From NCBI GenBank assembly GCA_041562555.1, contig JBFEXS010000023.1, forward strand, positions 1 to 24,432: a stretch of DNA of 24,432 nt. Reading direction: 5' to 3'. Below the pieces are notes generated by a model. The model made no database searches. It worked only from the letters and a program-made list of their open reading frames with translations, and was not told the origin of the DNA. The position numbers and the translations under genes are program-made. Below, piece by piece: positions 17,298 to 24,432 of the stretch (position 1 is the stretch's first letter; every line of letters begins with the position of its first letter). This stretch comes from Sulfurimonadaceae bacterium. Its GTDB lineage: Bacteria > Campylobacterota > Campylobacteria > Campylobacterales > Sulfurimonadaceae.

Positions 17298-18141
17298 GGT
17301 GGCTCCTGCTGCGTGAATTTAGCGTGGTATTGGGAAAATGCATACTGTAACTGATACCTTTTTTCTTGCACTCTATTGCCCAGAGACACAATTGAGAGAG
17401 CCTTTGCTCATCACTCTCAGCAGATGTTATAAAGTCAAAATGTAAATGTTTGCTTTTTTCCAGAAGGCTGAACTCCTTGGACATCAGTTCAGTACCCTTG
17501 GCTACGGATGGCCAATAGATCAGGGAGAGGGGCTCTCCCTCTTTATAAAGTTTGATCCCCTCAAAGTCTTCCTGTTCACCGAAGAGGGCTTTGTGTTTGG
17601 AACTGAGCGTATCAAGACTTTTTCCCTTCGCCTCCGGATAGATGATGACTTCATCGTTTATCGGGACTGTTTTATATAAGATCTCGTGTGGCAGTGGGAA
17701 ATAACTTCCTATCTGAAGATCGGGAAGATGTGTTTTTCCTCTTTTCGTCGGGGTAAAAGAGAGTGTGATCGCCTTTTTCTGCAGACCTGCAAGCGTGTCT
17801 ATGATGACGGTAGAACTTTTGTTCGTACATTCGAGGGCATAGCTCTCTCTATCAGGGTTTGGATTGTAAATATTCAGAGAATATTCAGAGGCCTGATTGG
17901 CAAAAAGATCCTGTGCACTCAGCAAAGAGACCTGGAGTTCGTAAAGATTGAGCCTGCCGATGATACTTGAGGCCCCTGCAAGAGAGAAGGTGAAAAACAT
18001 CATCAAATAGACAATGTTGTAATTATGCATATAGGCCAAAAAGAACAGACCCACAATACTGAGTACAAGTAGGATAAAATACTTGGTCGGTCTGGTATGG
18101 ATCTCTTTAAGAATCCGGATGAATGTGTGAAAGAATTTCAT
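17266..18141 (-). CDS. DUF58 domain protein
   Basis: N-terminal TM pair, KRG, IIYP and EDFEGIKLYKEGEPLSLIYW..AK....KEF motifs. Start is uncertain (ATG at 18141 or 18153; 18237 is unlikely). Confidence 0.85.
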   Translation of the reverse strand: MKFFHTFIRILKEIHTRPTKYFILLVLSIVGLFFLAYMHNYNIVYLMMFFTFSLAGASSIIGRLNLYELQVSLLSAQDLFANQASEYSLNIYNPNPDRESYALECTNKSSTVIIDTLAGLQKKAITLSFTPTKRGKTHLPDLQIGSYFPLPHEILYKTVPINDEVIIYPEAKGKSLDTLSSKHKALFGEQEDFEGIKLYKEGEPLSLIYWPSVAKGTELMSKEFSLLEKSKHLHFDFITSAESDEQRLSQLCLWAIECKKKGISYSMHFPNTTLNSRSRSHHEILTFLALY

Positions 18142-19015
18142 CAGATATCTCATGGGCTGATTTGGAACCCTCTTTGGAAGAGAGTCTGTGCGCCGTGACG
18201 TAAGGCAGGAGGAAAGAGATGTCTGAAGGAATGACATAATCCCGTCCCTGTATCAGAGCCCAGGCTCTGGAGAGTTTACTCAAGGCAACGGCGCCACGTG
18301 TTGATATTCCACCTTGATACAGTCCGCTTTCTCGGGTAAAGCCCAAGATCGCCTGCAGGTAGTCTAACAGGGCCTCACTGATATGGACAAGTTCTACTGC
18401 AGATCGAAGCTCTTGTATATGGGTTGGATTGACGGGACTCAGTTCGTCAAGTTTAAGCTGCAGATGCTGTGCCAAGATAGAACGCTCTGCCTGCTTATCA
18501 GGATATCCCAATGAAAAAGAGATGGCAAAACGGTCAAGTTGTGAACTCGGAAGCTCAAAGGTACCTACTTCCTCAAAGGGATTTTTTGTCGCCATGACAA
18601 AAAATGGATGCGGAAGTTGCATCGTTTTACCGTCGATACTGACCTGGTGTTCTTCCATCGCTTCCAGGAGTGCAGACTGGGTTTTTGGGGTTGCACGATT
18701 GATCTCATCTGCAAGAAGGAATTGCGAGAATATAGGACCGGACTTGAAACGAAAAGCGGACTCTTTCGTATCAAAATAGTTCATACCCAAAATATCGCTG
18801 GGAAGGAGGTCTGAGGTGAATTGGACTCGAGAGAAATCAAGACCCAGTACCTGCGCGAAAACTTTTGCCAGAGAGGTCTTTCCGACTCCGGGAAGATCTT
18901 CTATGAGAATATGTCCGTCACATAAAAAAGCGCACAGGCACAGCTGTATCTTTTCACGTTTTCCCTTGATACGTTTTTCGATCTCGTCAATTATCATATC
19001 TATTTTCTTTTGCAT
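18107..19015 (-). CDS. moxR: MoxR-family AAA+ ATPase
   Basis: IEDLPGVGKT, RVQFTSDLLPSD, LADEINRATPKTQSALLEAMEE, ATKNP and QLDRF motifs. Confidence 0.95.
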   Translation of the reverse strand: MQKKIDMIIDEIEKRIKGKREKIQLCLCAFLCDGHILIEDLPGVGKTSLAKVFAQVLGLDFSRVQFTSDLLPSDILGMNYFDTKESAFRFKSGPIFSQFLLADEINRATPKTQSALLEAMEEHQVSIDGKTMQLPHPFFVMATKNPFEEVGTFELPSSQLDRFAISFSLGYPDKQAERSILAQHLQLKLDELSPVNPTHIQELRSAVELVHISEALLDYLQAILGFTRESGLYQGGISTRGAVALSKLSRAWALIQGRDYVIPSDISFLLPYVTAHRLSSKEGSKSAHEISDEILSHIHPDS

Positions 19016-19021
19016 GGGGCT

Positions 19022-19030
19022 ATCTTAGCA
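19022..19030 (-). promoter_or_regulatory. Extended -10 element for a probably leaderless moxR transcript
   Basis: TGcTAAGAT lies 6 nt before the ATG at 19015, with no SD sequence in between. Confidence 0.55.
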
Positions 19031-19087
19031 TAAATCTCACAGGACAATGGTTAGAGATGGAGATTAAAGAGTAAAGTAAAATTATTT

Positions 19088-19096
19088 TGGTATGAT
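19088..19096 (+). promoter_or_regulatory. Extended -10 element for the DUF420 gene
   Basis: TGgTATGAT upstream of the AAGGAG RBS and the ATG at 19122. Confidence 0.55.
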
Positions 19097-19121
19097 TCGG
19101 GAAATTCTTTAAGGAGAGAAG

Positions 19122-19595
19122 ATGTTTTTTGAGCCAGGTTTCATGGGAACACGGGCACCTCTATATTTGGATATTGTAGGAGTCTTTTTCTTTTTACTTC
19201 CTTTTATGCTCTTTTTCTCAATTCGTTGTGCAGTAAAAGGAGAGATCAAAAAACACTTTATCTCTCAGGTTGTGATCTTTGTTCTGACCCTTGTCTTCGT
19301 TGTCGTTTTTGAAACAGGTATGCGTTTGGCCGGAGGTTTTCAAGAGTATATGAAGTCGAGTCCGGTATCTTACAGCTTTTTTATAACATTCTTGATCATT
19401 CATGTTCTTGTCGCGATTGCGACGTTTAATTTGTGGTCTTATCAACTGATCACTTCGGTAAAGGCTTATCGCAAGGGCACTCTTACGGGTGAAGTGGCTG
19501 CAAAACATAAGAAACTCGCACGTATTTTAGTCCTGGGGATCTTTATCACGATCCTGCAGGGTATTGGGATCTACTACTTTCTGTTTATGATGTAA
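19122..19595 (+). CDS. DUF420-family membrane protein
   Basis: Four TM segments with conserved His residues (KKH, IIH, KHKK) and N-terminal GFMGTRAP. AAGGAG RBS. Confidence 0.8.
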   Translation: MFFEPGFMGTRAPLYLDIVGVFFFLLPFMLFFSIRCAVKGEIKKHFISQVVIFVLTLVFVVVFETGMRLAGGFQEYMKSSPVSYSFFITFLIIHVLVAIATFNLWSYQLITSVKAYRKGTLTGEVAAKHKKLARILVLGIFITILQGIGIYYFLFMM

Positions 19596-19596
19596 C

Positions 19597-20478
19597 CTAG
19601 TTCAACTGCTTGAAACTTCCGAGGATATTTCCGGTGGAAGTGATATCCTCCAATCCGTATATTCTTTTTTGTTCTGATAAAAATTCCTGAATCCTGTGAA
19701 GTCCGCCTTGTTCAAGCAGGGCTGAACTGGTCTTTTGCTCGATGAGCAGTAGCATCATACATAGTGTTGATGAAGCAAATTGTGGGATATAACACTCTTC
19801 AGTCTCTCCTATCTCTGTCTCGAGATTGTTTAATGTCTCTATGCCGATGAGTACATCCGACAGCGGAAGATCACAATATTCGCAGATCAGTTGAGAAAGG
19901 GAGTCTGTATCCTTTGGGGATAAGTATTCAAGGTTGTCCAGACAGCTTGCAAGTCTGTATCGGCTGAGTGCATTATGGATAAAGGGTTGGATGTTCTCTT
20001 GGACGATTTGTGTATCCGCATCAGCCAGGCAGAGCATCGTTATCTCAATATTAAGGGCTTCTTGGATTTGATAGTTAAGCAGGCTTACCAGACCATCGAT
20101 ACGATGATTGTAGGGAGTGTTCACCATGATGGTATTGAAATCCAAGAATGCATCGGCTTCGACAAGATAAGGCCCCTGAGGGTAAATGCTCTCGTCAAAA
20201 TGAAGCCGGTGATAGATGCTTAGAAGTGTTTTTTCCCCATTGTTTGTACTGATGAGCATTGCTTCGAGACTGATGCCTTCTGACTGGGTCGGAAGCATGA
20301 GGGAAAAATAGTTTTCCTGGGTAATCAGTCGAAGTTCTGGATAGACCTGATGTAAGGTCTGAAATGCAGTCAATATGTCGGGATTGTAGATTGTAGGGTT
20401 GTGTAATATCAACTTTTTTAAGAAGCTTCCTTCATCTGGTATATGAAAGAGTCCATGTATCGTATTTGTGTTTTGCAT
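19597..20478 (-). CDS. Hypothetical protein (293 aa, acidic)
   Basis: Long ORF that exactly fills the gap between neighbours, with TATAAT 5 nt upstream of the ATG. No family recognised. Confidence 0.7.
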   Translation of the reverse strand: MQNTNTIHGLFHIPDEGSFLKKLILHNPTIYNPDILTAFQTLHQVYPELRLITQENYFSLMLPTQSEGISLEAMLISTNNGEKTLLSIYHRLHFDESIYPQGPYLVEADAFLDFNTIMVNTPYNHRIDGLVSLLNYQIQEALNIEITMLCLADADTQIVQENIQPFIHNALSRYRLASCLDNLEYLSPKDTDSLSQLICEYCDLPLSDVLIGIETLNNLETEIGETEECYIPQFASSTLCMMLLLIEQKTSSALLEQGGLHRIQEFLSEQKRIYGLEDITSTGNILGSFKQLN

Positions 20479-20483
20479 GGCGG

Positions 20484-20506
20484 ATTATAGGGAAGGTTGG
20501 TATAAT
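20484..20506. promoter_or_regulatory. Back-to-back -10 elements (bidirectional promoter)
   Basis: ATTATA at 20484-20489 (TATAAT on minus) and TGGTATAAT at 20498-20506 (plus). Confidence 0.6.
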
Positions 20507-20533
20507 GGTACCTTACAAATAAAAAGGTAGTGA

Positions 20534-21052
20534 ATGTTTATGAATTTGACTAAGTTTTTGATGAAAACGGTGTTTTTGACAAGTATAGTATTAGGGGTTT
20601 CAGGGTGTACGAAAACGGTTGAACCGGAAACTGTGATGTCTGTTGACGGTATTGCATTGGACGGATATGATAGTGTCGCCTATTTTGAGTCTTATGCAGC
20701 GGTTCAAGCAGATTTTACGCATAATTATTCCTATGAAGATCTAGAATGGTATTTTGAGAACAGTACACACTTGGATATGTTCATCTCTGACCCCGAGCGT
20801 TACATGCCTGCCTTTGGCGGTTTCTGTGCTTATGAACTTGCCCATGAGAATGTGGTGCCTAGTAATCTGGAATACTGGTATATACATGATGAAAAGCTTT
20901 ATCTCTTCAGCAGTGAAAGTGCAAAGCAAGAATGGTTTGACGAGATCTCAACTCTTTTACCTTTGGCCACAAAGCAGTGGGAAATGCTAAGTACCGAAGA
21001 AGAGGTCTTTGAAGAGATCGGTGACAGCTTTATCAACCTGGATGAGAACTAG
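20534..21052 (+). CDS. YHS-domain (seleno)protein family member, Cys form, probable lipoprotein
   Basis: ALDGYDSVAYF, PERYMPAFGGFCAY and KLYLF motifs; lipobox-like VSG-C. The start could also be 20540 or 20561. Confidence 0.78.
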   Translation: MFMNLTKFLMKTVFLTSIVLGVSGCTKTVEPETVMSVDGIALDGYDSVAYFESYAAVQADFTHNYSYEDLEWYFENSTHLDMFISDPERYMPAFGGFCAYELAHENVVPSNLEYWYIHDEKLYLFSSESAKQEWFDEISTLLPLATKQWEMLSTEEEVFEEIGDSFINLDEN

Positions 21053-22017
21053 GCAGATAAAAAGGCATAGGCCCTTTGTTCCAGCCAAAATGAGGGCTTG
21101 AAAAGGTTCCCTTGGATAAATCCTACATGCCCACCGTGCTCACTTGTCTCCAGAGTGATCGTCTTGGATAGTTCGTCGATATCCGGAATAACGCTCTTTG
21201 GCATAAAGGGGTCATCTTTGGCATGAAGGATCAAGGTGTCTGTTGTGATCTGCTTTAAAAAGCCTCTTGCACTGTTGGTGTCGTAATACTCTTTTGCATC
21301 TTTGAAGCCATGTACAGGGGCAGTATAGATGTCGTCAAACTCGTAGATACTCTTAATGGCCTGAATACGTTGCCGACTGAGCTGAAAATCTTTCACGAGA
21401 TCTATATGTGCTGCTTTCTCAAGCAGCGTCTTTTTTAGATCTATCAAGAGGTAGTGTTGGTAAAGTTTTGCCAATCCTTTATCAAGGTGCTGGGTACAGG
21501 CTTCGAGCTCCAAAGGAGCACTGACAGCAATGGCCTTATTGAGTCCATTCTGTTTATGTGTCGCTAAATATTTTAAGAGCATATTGGCTCCGATGGAGTA
21601 GGCTACCGAGACGATTTCAGCCTTCGGAAACCGTTCTTTGAGTGAGTGTATGCAAAAGTGGGCGTCTTGGGTCTCTCCTGCGTGATAGGAACGTGCTTTA
21701 GTATTTATCTTGTCCCCGCAGGAGCGGAAGTGCATGAGTACACATAGTTCATCCCTGTCCTGAAGAAATCGCATCATACGCTGAATATAATGAGATCGGA
21801 TGGAACCTCCCAAGCCATGAAAGAGTATTGTGATCCGTTTGATTTCTTTGGTGTGATCGGGACGGGCATTCCAAACAAGTTGGGTGAAGTCACCATCTTC
21901 AAAGATCAGGTCCTCGCTGTAGAAGTCTTGATGCTTAGGTGAGATATATAGGGGTAGTATGGTCTGTATATGAGGGTTCTTAAGGTACCAGGGAGTATAA
22001 AACCCTGGATTAGACAA
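21049..22017 (-). CDS. YheT-family alpha/beta hydrolase
   Basis: NPHIQT, FHGLGG, HFRSC, YHAGET, AYSIG (Ser), KDDPF (Asp) and GGHVGF (His). Start placed at the TTG at 22017, which overlaps the upstream stop, rather than at 22233. Confidence 0.87.
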   Translation of the reverse strand: MSNPGFYTPWYLKNPHIQTILPLYISPKHQDFYSEDLIFEDGDFTQLVWNARPDHTKEIKRITILFHGLGGSIRSHYIQRMMRFLQDRDELCVLMHFRSCGDKINTKARSYHAGETQDAHFCIHSLKERFPKAEIVSVAYSIGANMLLKYLATHKQNGLNKAIAVSAPLELEACTQHLDKGLAKLYQHYLLIDLKKTLLEKAAHIDLVKDFQLSRQRIQAIKSIYEFDDIYTAPVHGFKDAKEYYDTNSARGFLKQITTDTLILHAKDDPFMPKSVIPDIDELSKTITLETSEHGGHVGFIQGNLFKPSFWLEQRAYAFLSA

Positions 22018-22450
22018 AGATCTCACACGGCAGTCCGACAGGAATAGGATCATGTAGCCTGATCTGTACGGAGGGATCGTCTTTTGTCCGGTACAGTTGA
22101 TAGGGGATATACAAGAGCCGTGCAGAGAGTTTATTCTCAGCCTTAAAGTCTTTTTCCTCAATATGGATACGAATACCGGTAGAGACTTCCGGTGAAAAAT
22201 TTTCCGGTATATCGACATTGGACAAAAGAGCAAAGGCCGTTATTTTCTCTGCTTCTGCTTCCATCTTCAGGATCTCTATAAGGGTCTGATAACGGGTATG
22301 CCCATCCGTCTCATCAAGTTCAATCTCCCGCACATTGTTGTCGTGTTCCAAGACCATAGCAAAAGAGTCGAGTTTCTGTGAATCACTGAGTGCTTGAGAA
22401 GCTAGAGAAATACAGGTGTCAAGCATTGCAAATAAATCTTCATTATCCAT
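22010..22450 (-). CDS. Hypothetical protein (146 aa)
   Basis: AAGGA RBS precedes the ATG at 22450; upstream TATAAT; coupled to the YheT-like gene. Confidence 0.75.
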   Translation of the reverse strand: MDNEDLFAMLDTCISLASQALSDSQKLDSFAMVLEHDNNVREIELDETDGHTRYQTLIEILKMEAEAEKITAFALLSNVDIPENFSPEVSTGIRIHIEEKDFKAENKLSARLLYIPYQLYRTKDDPSVQIRLHDPIPVGLPCEIFV

Positions 22451-22467
22451 CTGTGTCCTTTGGAACA

Positions 22468-22480
22468 ATTATAGTATAAT
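22468..22480. promoter_or_regulatory. Palindromic bidirectional -10 element
   Basis: ATTATA-G-TATAAT gives a perfect TATAAT on each strand within a 36-bp divergent spacer. Confidence 0.65.
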
Positions 22481-22486
22481 CCTGCC

Positions 22487-24432
22487 ATGATAACCTTTAG
22501 CCTATCTGATCTCCGTCATATATGTGACAGTGCGACATTCTCCCTTGGATATGATGCCAATGAAGCTTCTTTGAGTGAGGTGAAAAGTACTGTGATGGTC
22601 AGTGATGGTATCATGCAGATCAGCGCCAAGACACAGGGAAGAAAGCTTTACAAACAGAGTATTAATATCTACACTCAGGAAGAGGGACTGAAGATCATCG
22701 GTAAATGCTCCTGTGAGACGGCACGTAACTGTAAACATGTCATCAGCGCTGCTTTGGCATATCTGGATGAAGCGGCAGAGACGGTTGAAGTGGAAAAAGT
22801 GTCCGAAACGAATGATGTGATCATGGATTGGATGGGTCAATTGTCAGATGCCTTTAATAAAAAAGGTACACCTGCATCCAATAAATCAAGCCTTCTTCTA
22901 TATGAACTGAATTTTTCCAAGTCTTCAGAAGAGATTGAGTTGAGTCTGTTTACCGCCCGTGAACTCAAAAACGGAGGATATGGCAAGATCAACCGTGCAC
23001 GGGCAAATACAGTTTTTAATACTTATAGACTTCCAGAATATTTTAAAGAAGGTGATGCGGATAATGTACTGCTTTTTAAAACCCTTTGTGAGGGAGTCAA
23101 GACCAGTGCAATCCTAAAAGGAAGGTTGGGCGCACTGGTTCTGGAAGGTGCAATTCAAACAGGACGCTGTTTCTGGAAACGCGGGCATACGACACCTGTC
23201 ACTTTAGCTGGATCAAGAACCTTGAAATTACGCTGGGATGAGCAAATGGGATTTAGCAAATTGGCTTTTTCTTTGGGAAATAAAAGCTTTTTGATAGGGA
23301 CGGATCCTCTATACTATATCGATACATCTACCAAAGAAGTCGGATTGGTTGAGACGAAGCTTAATCAGGAACAGCGCGAATTGATCAAGACGTCTCCTTA
23401 CTTTTCCAATACACAATTGGAAGAGATTGTTCTTGAATTGGGTACAAGGATACCTCAATTGGAGATAGAGACACCAGGGAATTTGACATTGACAGAACTC
23501 AAAGGGACCATGCCAAAGCCGATTCTCAGGCTTAATAAAACGAGCAAAGGGTTTGATCTGAACGTGGCTTTTGCCTATGAAGAACATACGGTCAAAGCAC
23601 TTCCTTTTTACAGCAGCATGACCTTGGTAGCGGAGAAACTCAAAATATGGCGTGATGAAGAGAAAGAACGCCATCTCCTACATCGGCTTCAAGACTATGG
23701 GTTTTACGTAGATGAGGGAAGACTCCAGGCAAAGAATATGTCTGCATGGATGAGACTGATGGAGGATATCGCCCATTTGGAAGAATCGGGGTTTGAGATC
23801 ATTCAAGAACCTGGATTCGACCTGAGTTTTCATAAACTCACGGAAGTTAAGCTAGAAGTTGAACCAAGCTCTCACTGGTTTGAAGTGGGGATGCATGTCA
23901 TGCTGGATGGCCAGCAGTTGCCACTTTTCCCTATCCTTTCGACCCTGTTGAATGAAGGGATCGACCTTGAAGCGCAGACAGAGGTATGTGTGCCGATCGA
24001 AGCAGGCAAATACATGATGATCTCAACAGAGATTATTAAACCTATTATCAAGACCTTTTATGAGCTTTTGGATACGCCTAACAGTGAGGGGTTTAAACTT
24101 CATAAATATGAAGCCCATATTATGGATAATTTTCAAGCTCCAGGCTTTAGAATCAATGATTCGACACCACTGAGTCAAATTGCAAAAGAGCTAAGAGACA
24201 GACCGAAACTTCAAACCAAGGCAAAGGGTCTGCAAGCCGAGTTGAGAGCATACCAGCAAGAGGGCATACAATGGATGCAGTTTATGCGTCGTTATGGTTT
24301 TGGCGGTATTCTGGCGGATGATATGGGACTGGGTAAAACGATACAGACCTTGGCAAACCTTCTCATTGAAAAAGAATCGCAGCGGCAGACAAAAGCAAGC
24401 CTTATCATTGCCCCGACCTCACTTTTGGGTAA
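22487..24432 (+). CDS. SWIM zinc-finger SNF2-family helicase/ATPase, 3'-truncated (absent from ORF track)
   Basis: Manual translation from the ATG at 22487 gives MITFSLSDL... and the SWIM motif CSC-ETARN-CKH. The same frame near the end reads LRAYQQEG and GGILADDMGLGKTIQ (from 24302), then LIIAPTSLLG at the window edge. Confidence 0.9.
   Translation, partial: MITFSLSDLRHICDSATFSLGYDANEASLSEVKSTVMVSDGIMQISAKTQGRKLYKQSINIYTQEEGLKIIGKCSCETARNCKHVISAALAYLDEAAETVEVEKVSETNDVIMDWMGQLSDAFNKKGTPASNKSSLLLYELNFSKSSEEIELSLFTARELKNGGYGKINRARANTVFNTYRLPEYFKEGDADNVLLFKTLCEGVKTSAILKGRLGALVLEGAIQTGRCFWKRGHTTPVTLAGSRTLKLRWDEQMGFSKLAFSLGNKSFLIGTDPLYYIDTSTKEVGLVETKLNQEQRELIKTSPYFSNTQLEEIVLELGTRIPQLEIETPGNLTLTELKGTMPKPILRLNKTSKGFDLNVAFAYEEHTVKALPFYSSMTLVAEKLKIWRDEEKERHLLHRLQDYGFYVDEGRLQAKNMSAWMRLMEDIAHLEESGFEIIQEPGFDLSFHKLTEVKLEVEPSSHWFEVGMHVMLDGQQLPLFPILSTLLNEGIDLEAQTEVCVPIEAGKYMMISTEIIKPIIKTFYELLDTPNSEGFKLHKYEAHIMDNFQAPGFRINDSTPLSQIAKELRDRPKLQTKAKGLQAELRAYQQEGIQWMQFMRRYGFGGILADDMGLGKTIQTLANLLIEKESQRQTKASLIIAPTSLLG

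Noticed and set aside
20825..20827. Selenocysteine in the YHS-family protein
   Set aside because: The codon at the GGF-C-AY position is TGT (Cys), and there is no in-frame TGA.
22018..22233. N-terminal extensions in the ORF track (YheT from 22233; also FadJ from 2459 and DUF58 from 18237)
   Set aside because: They overlap upstream genes on the same strand and lack family-like sequence; downstream coupled starts fit better.
580..23674. Numerous 60-160 aa antisense or alternate-frame ORFs in the track (e.g. 2866-3333, 10220-10711, 22502-22840, 23309-23674)
   Set aside because: They are shadows of well-supported genes and carry no recognisable motifs.

Overview
Bacterial chromosomal window, probably Campylobacterota (Sulfurimonas/Sulfurovum-like). 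That assignment is inferred from the cytochrome c553 sequence, gene content and TGn-TATAAT promoters, and is not confirmed. From left to right it contains: (1) a tightly packed fatty-acid operon (5'-truncated acyl-CoA ligase, thiolase, FadJ/FadB-type multifunctional enzyme, FadE, and an acyltransferase/lipase fusion) followed by a REC-HD-GYP regulator; (2) a minus-strand HPr-kinase-like / PqqD(RRE) / nucleotidyltransferase operon facing away from a small gene whose product combines a twin-arginine motif with a lasso-type RRE-binding leader; (3) cytochrome c553, a membrane protein and a tandem double parvulin; (4) a MoxR-DUF58-transglutaminase operon; (5) DUF420, hypothetical genes, a YHS-family lipoprotein and a YheT-like hydrolase; (6) a 3'-truncated SWIM-SNF2 ATPase that is missing from the ORF track. 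The best candidate for an undescribed system is the locus at 10797-13578: a RiPP-like module that may phosphorylate and nucleotidylate a possibly Tat-exported peptide, with no cyclase, leader peptidase or transporter in view. No rRNA, tRNA, CRISPR array or mobile element was recognised. All family calls come from motif recognition, not database searches.
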